From Bacilli bacterium (lineage in GTDB: Bacteria > Bacillota_I > Bacilli_A > RFN20 > CAG-826): a stretch of DNA of 64,000 bases. Position numbers and translations under genes: made by a program. Shown in pieces: positions 11,092 through 20,611 of this stretch. The notes below the pieces were generated by a model. The model was not told the DNA's origin, made no database searches, and saw nothing but the letters and a program-made list of their open reading frames with translations. The stretch's first letter is position 1; the number at the start of each line of letters is the position of its first letter. The stretch spans positions 1 to 64,000 of the forward strand of contig JAZLKX010000046.1 in assembly GCA_045597865.1 (NCBI GenBank). The letters run 5' to 3'.

Positions 11092-11528
11092 GAAAGTATT
11101 TATTAGTTTGTGATGATTGTGAAGAAAATCACGAAGAAGAAAAAACTAGATCTTACAATGTGTCAGGTATGCAAGAATACCTTAGTAAATATGGTTGGCA
11201 TTTTTCTCCCAAAGCTGTTGATTATGCCACCTCTAAAATGATTACTAAGGAAGGACCATTAGTACCTATTACACTAGATAAATATAAAAGTATGCTAACT
11301 AAGCATAACGTAAAGATAGATACTAAATATCCATACGATGCTTTGTATATTTTAAATATGGCATTAGCAGACTTTTATGGGTCTAGCATTAAAGACGAAT
11401 TGCATTTGATTTTATTTGTAAAAGATTATTTAGAAGACCCTGACGGTAACGACGAACTACCATTTAAAAGATGGCATTGTTCGGAGTTATCCGAAGGAAA
11501 AACTATTAATTGGCAGCATTTGATTTAA
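11088..11528 (+). CDS. Conserved hypothetical phage protein
   Basis: ATGA overlap; YLSKYGWHFS...YD..YILNM..ADFYGSSI pattern recalled from Bacteroidota phages. Confidence 0.7.
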   Translation: MRKYLLVCDDCEENHEEEKTRSYNVSGMQEYLSKYGWHFSPKAVDYATSKMITKEGPLVPITLDKYKSMLTKHNVKIDTKYPYDALYILNMALADFYGSSIKDELHLILFVKDYLEDPDGNDELPFKRWHCSELSEGKTINWQHLI

Positions 11529-11561
11529 AAAAAAAGGGGAGACACGTCTAGTGCCTCCCCT
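11528..11561. terminator. Terminator hairpin between convergent genes
   Basis: A-run then GGGGAGACAC...GTGCCTCCCC stem. Confidence 0.6.
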
Positions 11562-11567
11562 AATTGT

Positions 11568-11759
11568 TTAATGCTCTTTGTAGAATTTTATTAAATTCTC
11601 CAAATGTTCTTTTGCTTTTTTTAAGAAACTTTTTTCTTCAAAGAAGTTTTCTTTTTCAAAGAATTTTTTATCATTCTTTTGGAGTTTTTCTAAATGCTCC
11701 AAACGGTCCGATATATTCTTTTCTGTTCTTTTTATTTGGTCTTGATTTTCTTTTGTCAT
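11568..11759 (-). CDS. Hypothetical protein
   Basis: ATGA overlap with the upstream gene. Confidence 0.45.
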   Translation of the reverse strand: MTKENQDQIKRTEKNISDRLEHLEKLQKNDKKFFEKENFFEEKSFLKKAKEHLENLIKFYKEH

Positions 11760-12166
11760 AATTCTTTAATTCTAATATTAAACTCGAATAACATCAACTT
11801 TCGTTTTATGATATATTCAGGAGTTATAAACCCCTTAGTATCTTCAACTACAAGTTGATTTTCTTTGTCTATATACACGAAGTCTGCATAATAAGCACAC
11901 TCTCGTTCTAGACATTTTCCCTTTACTATTTTTTCTTTCCCTTTTGGGGTAATGACAACAACGTCATCTTCCTTTTGGGCTGGGATTAAAACGTATTTCT
12001 TTTGGGTTTCTAGACCAGTTATTTCTCCTTTTTCTTGGAGATCTAAAAGGTAAATGTATCGCTTCATTTCTTTCTTTGAAGCGAATGTTTTGCCGTTAAA
12101 TTCACACTTTTTAGCGTGGTACTTAGATTCTCCATCGGCTTTCTTTTTTCTTAAAAAGTTTCTCAT
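11756..12166 (-). CDS. DUF1064-like PD-(D/E)XK nuclease
   Basis: SKYHAKK..FASKKE..RY and YYADFVY...VVEDTKG..TPEY.IKRKLM motifs. Confidence 0.8.
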   Translation of the reverse strand: MRNFLRKKKADGESKYHAKKCEFNGKTFASKKEMKRYIYLLDLQEKGEITGLETQKKYVLIPAQKEDDVVVITPKGKEKIVKGKCLERECAYYADFVYIDKENQLVVEDTKGFITPEYIIKRKLMLFEFNIRIKEL

Positions 12167-12630
12167 TTCCCAGTTGAGCCGTAGCCTCCTTCTCCACGAT
12201 TAGTTTCTAAATTAACTTTCCCTTTCTTTAATTGGATCGGTTCTAACTTAGAAAATATAAGTTGAGCTACTCTATCACCTTCTTTTGGAAGGTAGTTCAC
12301 CAAGTTCTCAAAATTAACAACTCTACCTTCTCTATCAAAGAAGTTACTTGGTTTAAACTTCATAATTAGTTCACCTCTAAAGTTGGAGTCTATTGTTCCT
12401 ACTGAGTTAGCACATACTAACGGATACTTACTAATAGAACTACGAGGTCTAAGCTGTGCTTCGTATCCGTCGGGAAACTCCATTCTGAAACCTAATGAGT
12501 AACAAATATTACCGAACTCATCAAAATAACGCTCTCTAGCGTAACAGTCAAACCCTGCATCTTCAGGGTGAGCTTTAGAGGGCATTTGACCGCCTTCTAA
12601 TAATTCAATTATACAAGGTATTGTATTCAT
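12163..12630 (-). CDS. dut: Trimeric dUTPase
   Basis: Motifs AGFD, RSS, GTIDSNFRGE, DRVAQL, RGEGGYGSTG. Confidence 0.95.
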   Translation of the reverse strand: MNTIPCIIELLEGGQMPSKAHPEDAGFDCYARERYFDEFGNICYSLGFRMEFPDGYEAQLRPRSSISKYPLVCANSVGTIDSNFRGELIMKFKPSNFFDREGRVVNFENLVNYLPKEGDRVAQLIFSKLEPIQLKKGKVNLETNRGEGGYGSTGK

Positions 12631-12679
12631 TATTTTATAGTTTTAAAAATGGGGCAGTAAAATTACCACCCCTTAATTA

Positions 12680-13360
12680 TTATGCTGCGTATAATTCTTG
12701 TTTTAAAATATTAACATCGTTTTCAAACAATTTGACACATAGTTCATAAAGTTCAGGTATCATACCCATAACTTTATCAATATAGTCCATCTTGTTTTTG
12801 AGTTTTGGTTTATGTAAAGTGTTATATCCGTCTAATCTTCTTTGTAAATCACAATGGAATTTTTGCTCAAACTCTTTATATAGGATAGCATATCTTTCAC
12901 TATAATTTTTAGATACACCTTTACGAACGACTCTAGTAATTATTTGTCGTTTATCTGCTAGACTAATATCTTTTACCAAACCGATTATTACGTCTTCTTT
13001 GTAAGTTACTTCTTCTGCAAGTTGTTTGTTTTTAACTTCTAGTTCTTCTTTTTCTTTGTTAAGTCTTCTCATTGTTTCCAATGTTCCTCTTAACAAAATC
13101 TTTGTTTCTTCACTTGCCCCAGGCAGATAAGTGTTAATAAACAAGTCATCGTTTGCTACATATCCACCTGTTTTACGAATTGTTGGTAATACTTCATCGA
13201 ATACCCAACTTTCAAACTTTTGTGCATTTTCTAGTTTAGAAGATACTATTAGTCTATATACATCACCTTCAGGGATAAAAGAAGTTTCAACGTTTTGAAT
13301 TATATCTCTACCATCTTTATATTTACCAGTAACTACCCCTATGTCTATTTTAGACACCAC
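12680..13360 (-). CDS. Bro-N domain antirepressor-like protein, N-terminally truncated
   Basis: FIPEGDVYRLIVSSKL..AQKFESWVFDEVLPTIRKTGGY. In-frame upstream PTKAIREHCK is present but the usual Bro-N start is missing. Confidence 0.8.
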   Translation of the reverse strand: MVSKIDIGVVTGKYKDGRDIIQNVETSFIPEGDVYRLIVSSKLENAQKFESWVFDEVLPTIRKTGGYVANDDLFINTYLPGASEETKILLRGTLETMRRLNKEKEELEVKNKQLAEEVTYKEDVIIGLVKDISLADKRQIITRVVRKGVSKNYSERYAILYKEFEQKFHCDLQRRLDGYNTLHKPKLKNKMDYIDKVMGMIPELYELCVKLFENDVNILKQELYAA

Positions 13361-13486
13361 CTTACAATGTTCTCTAATGGCTTTTGTAGGCTCTTTATTA
13401 TATGGTGTCGAATTTCGCTTACATATTTGGTAATCTCCTATAATTAGTAGTTTTAAAATTGAAGGGACACTTCGGGATATTTGTGA

Positions 13487-13798
13487 TTAACTTCTTACAA
13501 TTATTACCGATTTGTCTTTGCATTCGGGATATTGCTCAAAGAATACACGGCATATAGCCTCTTTCTTAACAACAAAAGGCTCGTCCTTGTACTTTTCGAT
13601 GTCATCATCTTGTGTCAATGAACCGTAACATTCATCACAAATAAATGTATTAGCATTATATCCGCATTTACTAATGTCAATATCAGGATTTATTTCAAGA
13701 ATTTTATTGTCAATAATTGACTCGTTTTCTTCAAGCCAATCGTTAAAATCATCAGTATCTATCTGATAGACTTCTGTGTAAATTTTTTTTTGTTCCAT
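13487..13798 (-). CDS. Hypothetical acidic protein
   Basis: ORF in the leftward gene run. Confidence 0.6.
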   Translation of the reverse strand: MEQKKIYTEVYQIDTDDFNDWLEENESIIDNKILEINPDIDISKCGYNANTFICDECYGSLTQDDDIEKYKDEPFVVKKEAICRVFFEQYPECKDKSVIIVRS

Positions 13799-13970
13799 AA
13801 TTTTATTTTATCTTATTAACGAATAATAGGTATGAAAGGGGTCGTTTCCTAGTCTAACCATCCAAATCCCTTTTTCCTTAAATACTTCTGTTATTGTACC
13901 CTCGTAGCGTTTACCTTGTACTATTACATATGCTTTTTTGCCTATTAATTCTTTCATAATTGTCCATAAT

Positions 13971-14174
13971 TTAAATTTCAATTATTTCTATTTTTTTAAC
14001 TTCTCCAAAATCTGATAAATGTTTGGAAATAAGACTCAAATATTCCAAAGCATCTTTTTGGTCGTCAAATTCAGTTGCTCGGTTTTTATCGTCTTCTAAG
14101 ATAATTTTACCAAATATCTTAGTGTTGACATATTTGGTTTCGTCTTTAAAATTTATTTTGATTATTGTTTTCAT
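13971..14174 (-). CDS. Hypothetical protein
   Basis: ORF in the leftward gene run. Confidence 0.55.
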   Translation of the reverse strand: MKTIIKINFKDETKYVNTKIFGKIILEDDKNRATEFDDQKDALEYLSLISKHLSDFGEVKKIEIIEI

Positions 14175-14190
14175 TCTATCATTGTTTTAA

Positions 14191-14216
14191 AGCAGTTTGA
14201 TGCAATCTCCCTGCTG
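14191..14216 (-). repeat. Conserved intergenic hairpin, copy 1
   Basis: + strand AGCAG-TTTGATGCAATCTCC-CTGCT; copy 2 at 29290 has a compensatory stem change. Confidence 0.75.
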
Positions 14217-14226
14217 TAAATACTAA

Positions 14227-14460
14227 TTAATTATTTGTATAATCACCTTCATATAAGGTAATAAAATCAACAGGTATCCACTGATTATCAATAGAAACTT
14301 CATAGCTAAGTATTCTTCTTCTTAGCTCATCTAACTTTTCTTTGCTTGCATTACTTTGTAGCAATTTTTCCAACTCTTCATAAAATGAGTTCATTACAAT
14401 TGCTTGCTGAGGAGTTTTGCATCTAGAAAAGTGATATTCTATGAAATTATCCATTTTCAT
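14227..14460 (-). CDS. Hypothetical protein
   Basis: Overlapping ORF chain. Confidence 0.55.
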   Translation of the reverse strand: MKMDNFIEYHFSRCKTPQQAIVMNSFYEELEKLLQSNASKEKLDELRRRILSYEVSIDNQWIPVDFITLYEGDYTNN

Positions 14461-14651
14461 TGTATTACAATAACTATATTGTTATCAATTATCTTGACAC
14501 CAAGATAACCAGCAGTTACCTCATTAACTCCTACACACGGATCACCTTCCTCATACTTAATGATTATTTTTTTGCTCTTATCTAATTTTTGCAACTCATC
14601 AATGAGAGTTTGTAAGGTAATGTTGCTAATATCTAATTCTTCTCCTATCAT
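14457..14651 (-). CDS. Hypothetical protein
   Basis: ATGA-coupled ORF. Confidence 0.55.
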   Translation of the reverse strand: MIGEELDISNITLQTLIDELQKLDKSKKIIIKYEEGDPCVGVNEVTAGYLGVKIIDNNIVIVIQ

Positions 14652-14947
14652 AGTTCTATTAATTCTATTGTTTTAACTTCATTATCACTGTTCCCAAAAG
14701 CCATTTGCGCTAACTCTTTCGCAATATAACCTAAATACATAATTGCCATAGAGTTATTAACAAATGTCTTTGTCAATGGGTGGTCTTTTTTGTCAGTCAA
14801 TAACCAACCATCATTGTCTTCACCGACAAATCTTACATCGTTTTTGACAAATCTTTTATTTTCCTTGTAAGAATTTCTTTTTTTCATAAGGTTTTGGTAC
14901 TTGCTCATAGCGTGAAACCATTTCTTGTGTAATCGTTTTTTGTCCAT
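14648..14947 (-). CDS. Hypothetical protein
   Basis: ORF chain. Confidence 0.6.
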   Translation of the reverse strand: MDKKRLHKKWFHAMSKYQNLMKKRNSYKENKRFVKNDVRFVGEDNDGWLLTDKKDHPLTKTFVNNSMAIMYLGYIAKELAQMAFGNSDNEVKTIELIEL

Positions 14948-14975
14948 AATTCTTTTATTTATTAAGATTTAATTG

Positions 14976-15221
14976 TTAATTATCGTAAGGCTCATTAGCA
15001 ATTATTGCAAACATTTTAAACCTTCTTTTATCTATTTCGTTCATTTGGTCATAATAGCCATTCTTAAAGAATGATGTATGTTCTACTTCATATTCAAAAA
15101 ATGTTTTGAAACTTTCATCATCGCAATCCTCAAAAGCCATTATAACCATACAATTCATTTGCTTTAACGCTTTTATATTTTCAATTGTAGCGTTAATCCA
15201 ATGTATCTTTGATTTAGTCAT
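14976..15221 (-). CDS. Hypothetical protein
   Basis: ORF chain. Confidence 0.55.
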   Translation of the reverse strand: MTKSKIHWINATIENIKALKQMNCMVIMAFEDCDDESFKTFFEYEVEHTSFFKNGYYDQMNEIDKRRFKMFAIIANEPYDN

Positions 15222-15430
15222 TTCGCTTAAAGTTTTAAAGCCCTACTGTCACTAGGGCTGGTTTGTTTATCTGTTAAATTTTTCAAGGTCATCGTTAGCG
15301 TCTTCTGCTCCGTCCATATAGCCTTGTTTGTACTCTTCCAAATCATCCAAGTCTTCTGGTGGATTAGTTTCACGACCTTCATAGCCGTCGCTATAACCTT
15401 CTGCATACCAATTTCTGTTCGCCATTTTAA

Positions 15431-15631
15431 TCATCTGTTTTGTTGTTCGTCAGATTTACTATTAGGCTCTGACGATTTGCCTGTTGGTCTTGGTTTGTAT
15501 TCACAAGAAACTCTGCCACAAGTTAGTTTTGGCTTGTCTCTTGGAACTGTTGTCTTGTGACCACCATTTGGTAACTTGACTACTTTGTCCAATATTATAC
15601 ATTGGTGTATGCAATTGTCGCAGTTTCTCAT
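15431..15631 (-). CDS. Small Cys-rich hypothetical protein
   Basis: CDNCIHQC...C....C pattern. Confidence 0.5.
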   Translation of the reverse strand: MRNCDNCIHQCIILDKVVKLPNGGHKTTVPRDKPKLTCGRVSCEYKPRPTGKSSEPNSKSDEQQNR

Positions 15632-15653
15632 TTTGTTTTGATTTAAAGTTTTA

Positions 15654-16085
15654 TTAGAAAAGTCTATTTGGGTCTTTTTTTACTTCCTTAATTTTCTTTT
15701 GAAAATTTCTTGCAAAGACCTTATAATATTCATAAATTGATTCACAAATTACTGGATTGTAATAATCCAATAATTTATTTACGTAATCGACGAAGCATTT
15801 TTTTAAAACTTTTTCTGCTCTGTCGTTTAACAAAGATATTCTGGTTAACATATGTCCTAGGTCATAAACCATCGTTTCTAGATAGTCTTTTTCAATAATA
15901 GCCTTTCTTTGGTCTTCATTAAAGATTTCTAATTCATTTTCTTGACCATTAATTATCTTTTTAGCTTCTTCTAAAGAAAAAGCTTGGGCTTCTTTAAAAA
16001 AATAATTTCCTCCTTTTTTAAACAAGCCTATAGATGTATTAAAAATATAATATTTATTGTTCATTTTATTTTTTTTATCTGCCAT
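15654..16085 (-). CDS. Hypothetical protein
   Basis: ORF chain. Confidence 0.6.
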   Translation of the reverse strand: MADKKNKMNNKYYIFNTSIGLFKKGGNYFFKEAQAFSLEEAKKIINGQENELEIFNEDQRKAIIEKDYLETMVYDLGHMLTRISLLNDRAEKVLKKCFVDYVNKLLDYYNPVICESIYEYYKVFARNFQKKIKEVKKDPNRLF

Positions 16086-16752
16086 AATTTAATTCATTAA
16101 TTAAAGGTTTAATTGCTTTTTTCAAATATGCTCCACAGCATTTTGTGTTGTTAAGGTTGCTATGGAAACAAAATTTAGGTTTTGTGTATGCAGTGGCTAT
16201 CCAGCGCAAACATCTTTCGATTGTTTCCAACTCTCTTTGGGTTGGTTCTCTTTTATCAAAATTTCCAATAACACAAATATTTATTGTTTCCGAATTATGA
16301 TTCATAACTCCAGGAATTTGTTTATTTAAATTTTGACAATAATATATTGCTGTATCACATATAATTACGTGATACCCTATACTACTCCAACCGTGATTTG
16401 GATCGGCAGGATTTGTGTGCATAGCTTCTATTTCCTTAATATATTGTTCAGGAGTCCTATTGTAAGGAAGCTCCGAAGCTGTATGGTGAAGCGGAATCCA
16501 ATTAGTCTTTTTCCTAACCTTTTTTTGTGGGATTAATTGACTACGCATATCTACGTAATCTATTAATCCTTTATATACCTTTACTTCTTTCTCTCTTTTT
16601 TTGTGTGCTACATTTGTAAGCACGATAAGAGCAAAAACAACTATTGCTACTATCTTCCACCAATTTTTGTAAATCCACAAGTTCACTGCATTTTTTAAGC
16701 AGCGGAATTTATATTTTAAATGTTCGATATATTTTCTTAATTTTTCTTTCAT
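16075..16752 (-). CDS. N-acetylmuramoyl-L-alanine amidase (Amidase_2/T7 lysozyme-like) with N-terminal TM helix
   Basis: LHHTA, GWSSIGYH, HNSETINIC.IGNFD, H....TKC zinc ligands; WWKIVAIVVFALIVL anchor. Confidence 0.85.
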   Translation of the reverse strand: MKEKLRKYIEHLKYKFRCLKNAVNLWIYKNWWKIVAIVVFALIVLTNVAHKKREKEVKVYKGLIDYVDMRSQLIPQKKVRKKTNWIPLHHTASELPYNRTPEQYIKEIEAMHTNPADPNHGWSSIGYHVIICDTAIYYCQNLNKQIPGVMNHNSETINICVIGNFDKREPTQRELETIERCLRWIATAYTKPKFCFHSNLNNTKCCGAYLKKAIKPLINELNYGR

Positions 16753-17033
16753 TATTCTTTTAGTTTTAAGTACATTGCTGTCATTATTGCGTAATTAGCC
16801 ATATCTAGCAATGTGTCTGTTAATGATTCTTCTTTTACTTGATTTTCTTCCTTGATAAGATTAGAAAATCGATTTACTTTGTCTTTAATTCTCACTTTTG
16901 CAGCGACTAGTCCATCTTCGTCAATGCTGTCGAAGAAACTATTGCCGTAGTCGTGATTTTTAATTTTAAAAGTGTTATGCAGAGTATTTAAAATCTCTGC
17001 ATGAAGGTCTATTATTTTTTCTTCTATTTTCAT
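16752..17033 (-). CDS. DUF1599/Nmad1-like protein
   Basis: KNHDYGNSF...RIKDK.NR...ESLTDTLLDMANYAIM motif. Confidence 0.85.
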   Translation of the reverse strand: MKIEEKIIDLHAEILNTLHNTFKIKNHDYGNSFFDSIDEDGLVAAKVRIKDKVNRFSNLIKEENQVKEESLTDTLLDMANYAIMTAMYLKLKE

Positions 17034-17575
17034 TTTTCTAAAGTGTTGCTAGGATTAAGAATATTCCTAAAATTATTATACTCGTTAATAGTGCCATTTT
17101 TTAACCAATTAAAATCTTCATCTGTTGGGTTAGATATTCCTGCTTTATTTAAAATAGATCTAACCATTAATATTCCGCATTCTTTTATTTCAAGGTTATT
17201 CCTTAGAATATAAGTTGGAACTTGTGGGAAATACTCTATTATTATTCTTCCAACAGGAGATTTTGTTGTAAGAATTTTCTTACCTATAGTATTTAGCTTA
17301 CGTTCCCAAGAAACTTCGCCTAGTCCTAATATTTTTGATTTTTCTTTAGCTATATTTATTATATCTTTCAATATATTCAATATAGTATCTTCAAATTCTA
17401 TTTCTGAACATTCTGCAAAATCATCAGCAGTCCAGTAAGCAAGAAAATCTTTATCTTCTGTTGTAAGTTGTAAACCACAATCTCCACGTTCAGAATTAGT
17501 TATAATTTGGAAGTATGATAAATCTAGTTCAAAATTGTTTTTTGTCATTGTTTTAATCATTATATATTTCTCCAT
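17030..17575 (-). CDS. Hypothetical protein
   Basis: ORF chain. Confidence 0.6.
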   Translation of the reverse strand: MEKYIMIKTMTKNNFELDLSYFQIITNSERGDCGLQLTTEDKDFLAYWTADDFAECSEIEFEDTILNILKDIINIAKEKSKILGLGEVSWERKLNTIGKKILTTKSPVGRIIIEYFPQVPTYILRNNLEIKECGILMVRSILNKAGISNPTDEDFNWLKNGTINEYNNFRNILNPSNTLEK

Positions 17576-17975
17576 TTAAACTTATTTGTGTTTCTTCTAC
17601 AGATTCGTTTAAATTACCTTCAGAATCAACAGTATATTCCAATATGTAAGCACTATACATAGGATATTGTGCATCATACCAACTATCTGTATATTCTTCA
17701 TTTTTTAACCATTTTAAAATTAAGTTGTATGCTTCATCGAAACTTGATAATGAAAATTCACTTTCAACATTTTCTCCATTGCAACATCTTATAAATGCTG
17801 CAAATTTATTTTTGCAGGTATTTTCTTTATCTTTGTAGTGTTTTTCAACTACATCTAAGCATATTTTAATTGCTTCTATATCTTTTTCCCAAATTGGGTC
17901 TGAGTTTTCATTAATAAAAGACTCAGAATTTTCTATTATTGATAGAAGTTGTTTTTTTAATTCTTCTTTTGTCAT
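17553..17975 (-). CDS. Hypothetical protein
   Basis: ORF chain. Confidence 0.6.
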   Translation of the reverse strand: MTKEELKKQLLSIIENSESFINENSDPIWEKDIEAIKICLDVVEKHYKDKENTCKNKFAAFIRCCNGENVESEFSLSSFDEAYNLILKWLKNEEYTDSWYDAQYPMYSAYILEYTVDSEGNLNESVEETQISLNGEIYND

Positions 17976-18115
17976 TTTATTTAAGATTAATAGGACGTAA
18001 AGATTTATAGATTAAGCAATCTACACCTTCTTTTGCTAAGATTTCAGCGAACTCAACTGCTTGTTCGTTTGTATGGAAAAATCGTTTTTTGTTGTTATAT
18101 TCTACAATCCACATT

Positions 18116-18502
18116 TTAGTCAATTATTAATGATTCGTAAATTTCGTCCACTTCGTCCCAGTCAGCATATTCCAAATCAATGGAATAACACAGATAAGGT
18201 TTATTGTCATCACCTATTGCGGAACAGATGATGTTATAATTGTACTGATATCCTAAAGGTCCCCGATCAAAACTTTCACCTATAATTTGAAAGTCATTGA
18301 ATTTGTTTCCATCAACAACTTCTTCAAGTTCTTTTAGAATAAAGTCATGAACGCAACCTTGCATGTTTCTTTCTTCATCTTCTACTTCCTCAGACAAGTC
18401 TTTGTATTCGTGCGAATCATCATTGTAGCGTTTTTTTGCCTGTTTGTACTTGTCGTATGCTCTTTGAACCGCAATGTTCCAGTCTTCTTTTTTGAATTTC
18501 AT
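18116..18502 (-). CDS. Hypothetical acidic protein
   Basis: ORF chain. Confidence 0.6.
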   Translation of the reverse strand: MKFKKEDWNIAVQRAYDKYKQAKKRYNDDSHEYKDLSEEVEDEERNMQGCVHDFILKELEEVVDGNKFNDFQIIGESFDRGPLGYQYNYNIICSAIGDDNKPYLCYSIDLEYADWDEVDEIYESLIID

Positions 18503-18521
18503 TTTGTTTCTTTTTTAATTG

Positions 18522-18740
18522 TTAATACTTTATTTGGTTTTTTTTAAGCCATTCTTTAGCTTTTAAATATTCATGCCTTGCAATAGCATCTACTGCTATT
18601 TTACGTTCCTCACTGTCTAAAGCGAAATAAGGAACTCTTTGCTCGATTTTTATTTTATTCCAAAATAAGAATTTAGTTTTGGTGATTATGGTGTCTAGTT
18701 CACCGTATTTAGTTTGTAATACTTTGTTGTATAAAATCAT
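18522..18740 (-). CDS. Hypothetical protein
   Basis: ORF chain. Confidence 0.55.
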   Translation of the reverse strand: MILYNKVLQTKYGELDTIITKTKFLFWNKIKIEQRVPYFALDSEERKIAVDAIARHEYLKAKEWLKKNQIKY

Positions 18741-19137
18741 TTTCTTTTAGTTTTTTAATTGTTTGATTTAATTTTTTTTGTGCTATAATTTTCTCTTTGT
18801 TTTTCTCGTAGTATTTTCTATAATTAGCATTAACAGCATCACGATTAGCTTCTCTATACTCTTTATTGTGAGTATATCTGTGAGCCTTCCCATGCTCGCT
18901 TTTCTCGTACTTTCTAGTGTTTTTTTTCTGTATTTCTAATAAATGGTTGAATCTTTCATAATTAGATACTTTAGAAAAATTCAGCACTTTAACCTTTCTT
19001 CCTTTGTGTTCAAAAACACCTTTGTATCTATGAGCCTTTACGAACAACCATTTATCGGTAGTAAGCAATACACGAGATGCTGACTTCCAACCATAGAATA
19101 TTGAGCCGTCAATGCTTATAATTATTTTTTCTTTCAT
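18709..19137 (-). CDS. Basic putative DNA-binding protein
   Basis: Likely start MKEKIIISIDG; NUMOD1-like N-terminus; K/R/Y-rich tail. Confidence 0.5.
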   Translation of the reverse strand: MKEKIIISIDGSIFYGWKSASRVLLTTDKWLFVKAHRYKGVFEHKGRKVKVLNFSKVSNYERFNHLLEIQKKNTRKYEKSEHGKAHRYTHNKEYREANRDAVNANYRKYYEKNKEKIIAQKKLNQTIKKLKENDFIQQSITN

Positions 19138-19186
19138 AATAAAATATAACCTCCCCGAAAGGAGGCTATAAGTAGGGTGAGTTAGT

Positions 19187-19528
19187 TTAGATTTTTTCTT
19201 GCACTTCCAATAAAAAAATAAGGTCACTAATCGCTTTTATTTGCTTTGTGATTAGTTGCCCACATAAAGACTTTGGATCAAGTTCCACCATCTTCATATT
19301 CATTTCTTTTTGTGCAGATAAGGTTTTTAGATATTCTATTGCATCTTCTGTTTTGATGCAATTTTCGTAAAACTCTTTTTGATGTTGAGCTGCATCTTTT
19401 AGATGCTCCAACTCTTTGATTCGGCAGTTTAGATTTTCTACTGCTTTTTCTGTGTGTTTATTCATATTTAAAAATTTAAAAATTCCAAAAATTGAACTTG
19501 AAAAAGCCATTTTTTTCGGCTCTTTCAT
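19187..19528 (-). CDS. Hypothetical coiled-coil protein (start uncertain)
   Basis: ORF chain. Confidence 0.55.
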   Translation of the reverse strand: MKEPKKMAFSSSIFGIFKFLNMNKHTEKAVENLNCRIKELEHLKDAAQHQKEFYENCIKTEDAIEYLKTLSAQKEMNMKMVELDPKSLCGQLITKQIKAISDLIFLLEVQEKI

Positions 19529-19799
19529 TAAATTCTAATAATGTTTTGATACCTTGCTTACAGGTATCAACATTTTTGTCTATGATATTGACTTTGACTT
19601 CAATTCTATTTACTTTCTTTTCGATTTCTAGAACATCATTATTAAGGTCATTAATTTTTTCTCTGATAATGTCATATTCTTCTTTCTTTAATTGTTTTTC
19701 TTCTTCAATACAGTTTTTTATATTGCAGAAGATTATGACTAAATACATAATGACACCTAATATCAAAACATTCCATATAACCTTTAATAAAACTCTCAT
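19476..19799 (-). CDS. Membrane-anchored coiled-coil protein
   Basis: N-terminal TM helix followed by heptads. Confidence 0.6.
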   Translation of the reverse strand: MRVLLKVIWNVLILGVIMYLVIIFCNIKNCIEEEKQLKKEEYDIIREKINDLNNDVLEIEKKVNRIEVKVNIIDKNVDTCKQGIKTLLEFNERAEKNGFFKFNFWNF

Positions 19800-19801
19800 A
19801 G

Positions 19802-19939
19802 TTACTTATATTTATGTTTATCTTCGTCTTCTTTCTTTTTAATAAAATAGGCACCAATAGCCATTATTATTACTACGTTTATGCCTATAATCGCCCTAAT
19901 TGTAGGGTCAATGCTCATAATAAATTCACTTATTCCCAT
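19802..19939 (-). CDS. 45-aa membrane peptide (not in the ORF track)
   Basis: MGISEFIMSIDPTIRAIIGINVVIIMAIGAYFIKKKEDEDKHKYK; first ORF after the promoter at ~19980. Confidence 0.55.
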   Translation of the reverse strand: MGISEFIMSIDPTIRAIIGINVVIIMAIGAYFIKKKEDEDKHKYK

Positions 19940-19951
19940 TTTATTCTAATA

Positions 19952-20084
19952 TGTTTATTAAACACATTTAAATTTAATACAAATATAGTGTTTTACAAAC
20001 ACATTTCCAAATTATTTTACAATTATTTTCATTTTTTTTATCTAAAACGATTGTAAATTAATTTTTAGTATGTTTATTAAACAC
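19952..20084 (-). promoter_or_regulatory. Leftward promoter with three palindromic operators
   Basis: - strand TTTGGAAATGTGTTTGTAAAACACTATATTTG (-33/-7); operators at 19952, 19988 and 20071. Confidence 0.75.
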
Positions 20085-20098
20085 ATTTATAGGTAAAA

Positions 20099-20611
20099 TT
20101 AAGGGTTAGTTCGAAGATTTTGAAGTTCATCTTCGACCATATTGATAAAAGTACGAAATTCTTTAGTAGAATAATCTGAAGTTCCGTAATAAAAAACTAT
20201 TTCTTTTTCTTTTTCAGATTTTGTATTAGATATTTTGCACATTCTACCTACGTGGTCATTGCAAAATTCTCTACATTTTTTATCTACTTCTTCAATAGGT
20301 ACAATCTCAGTATCTATATTCTGAAACTCTAAAACAAAATGCTGATAAATTTGCTTTGGAGTACTACCTGTAATGTTAGAAATTTCTTTTATTAAATAAA
20401 AGAGATATTGATTTGATTGCTTGCTTCGTAAAGGTTCTCTTATAGAGATAGAAACATGTTTGTTTGTCATTTGTTCTATGGTTTCTAAACCATTTTCAAT
20501 AAACAAACAAACATATTGTCTTCCGTTGTTATTTTTTCCGTATTTGTATATTTCCGCATTCGTAAGTATCATAGTAAATTGAGTTTGGTTCAAATACTTT
20601 TCCAACGTCAT
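20099..20611 (-). CDS. NinB-like recombination accessory protein
   Basis: RSKQSNQYLFYLIKEI...GTSDYSTKEFRTFI pattern. Confidence 0.55.
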   Translation of the reverse strand: MTLEKYLNQTQFTMILTNAEIYKYGKNNNGRQYVCLFIENGLETIEQMTNKHVSISIREPLRSKQSNQYLFYLIKEISNITGSTPKQIYQHFVLEFQNIDTEIVPIEEVDKKCREFCNDHVGRMCKISNTKSEKEKEIVFYYGTSDYSTKEFRTFINMVEDELQNLRTNP

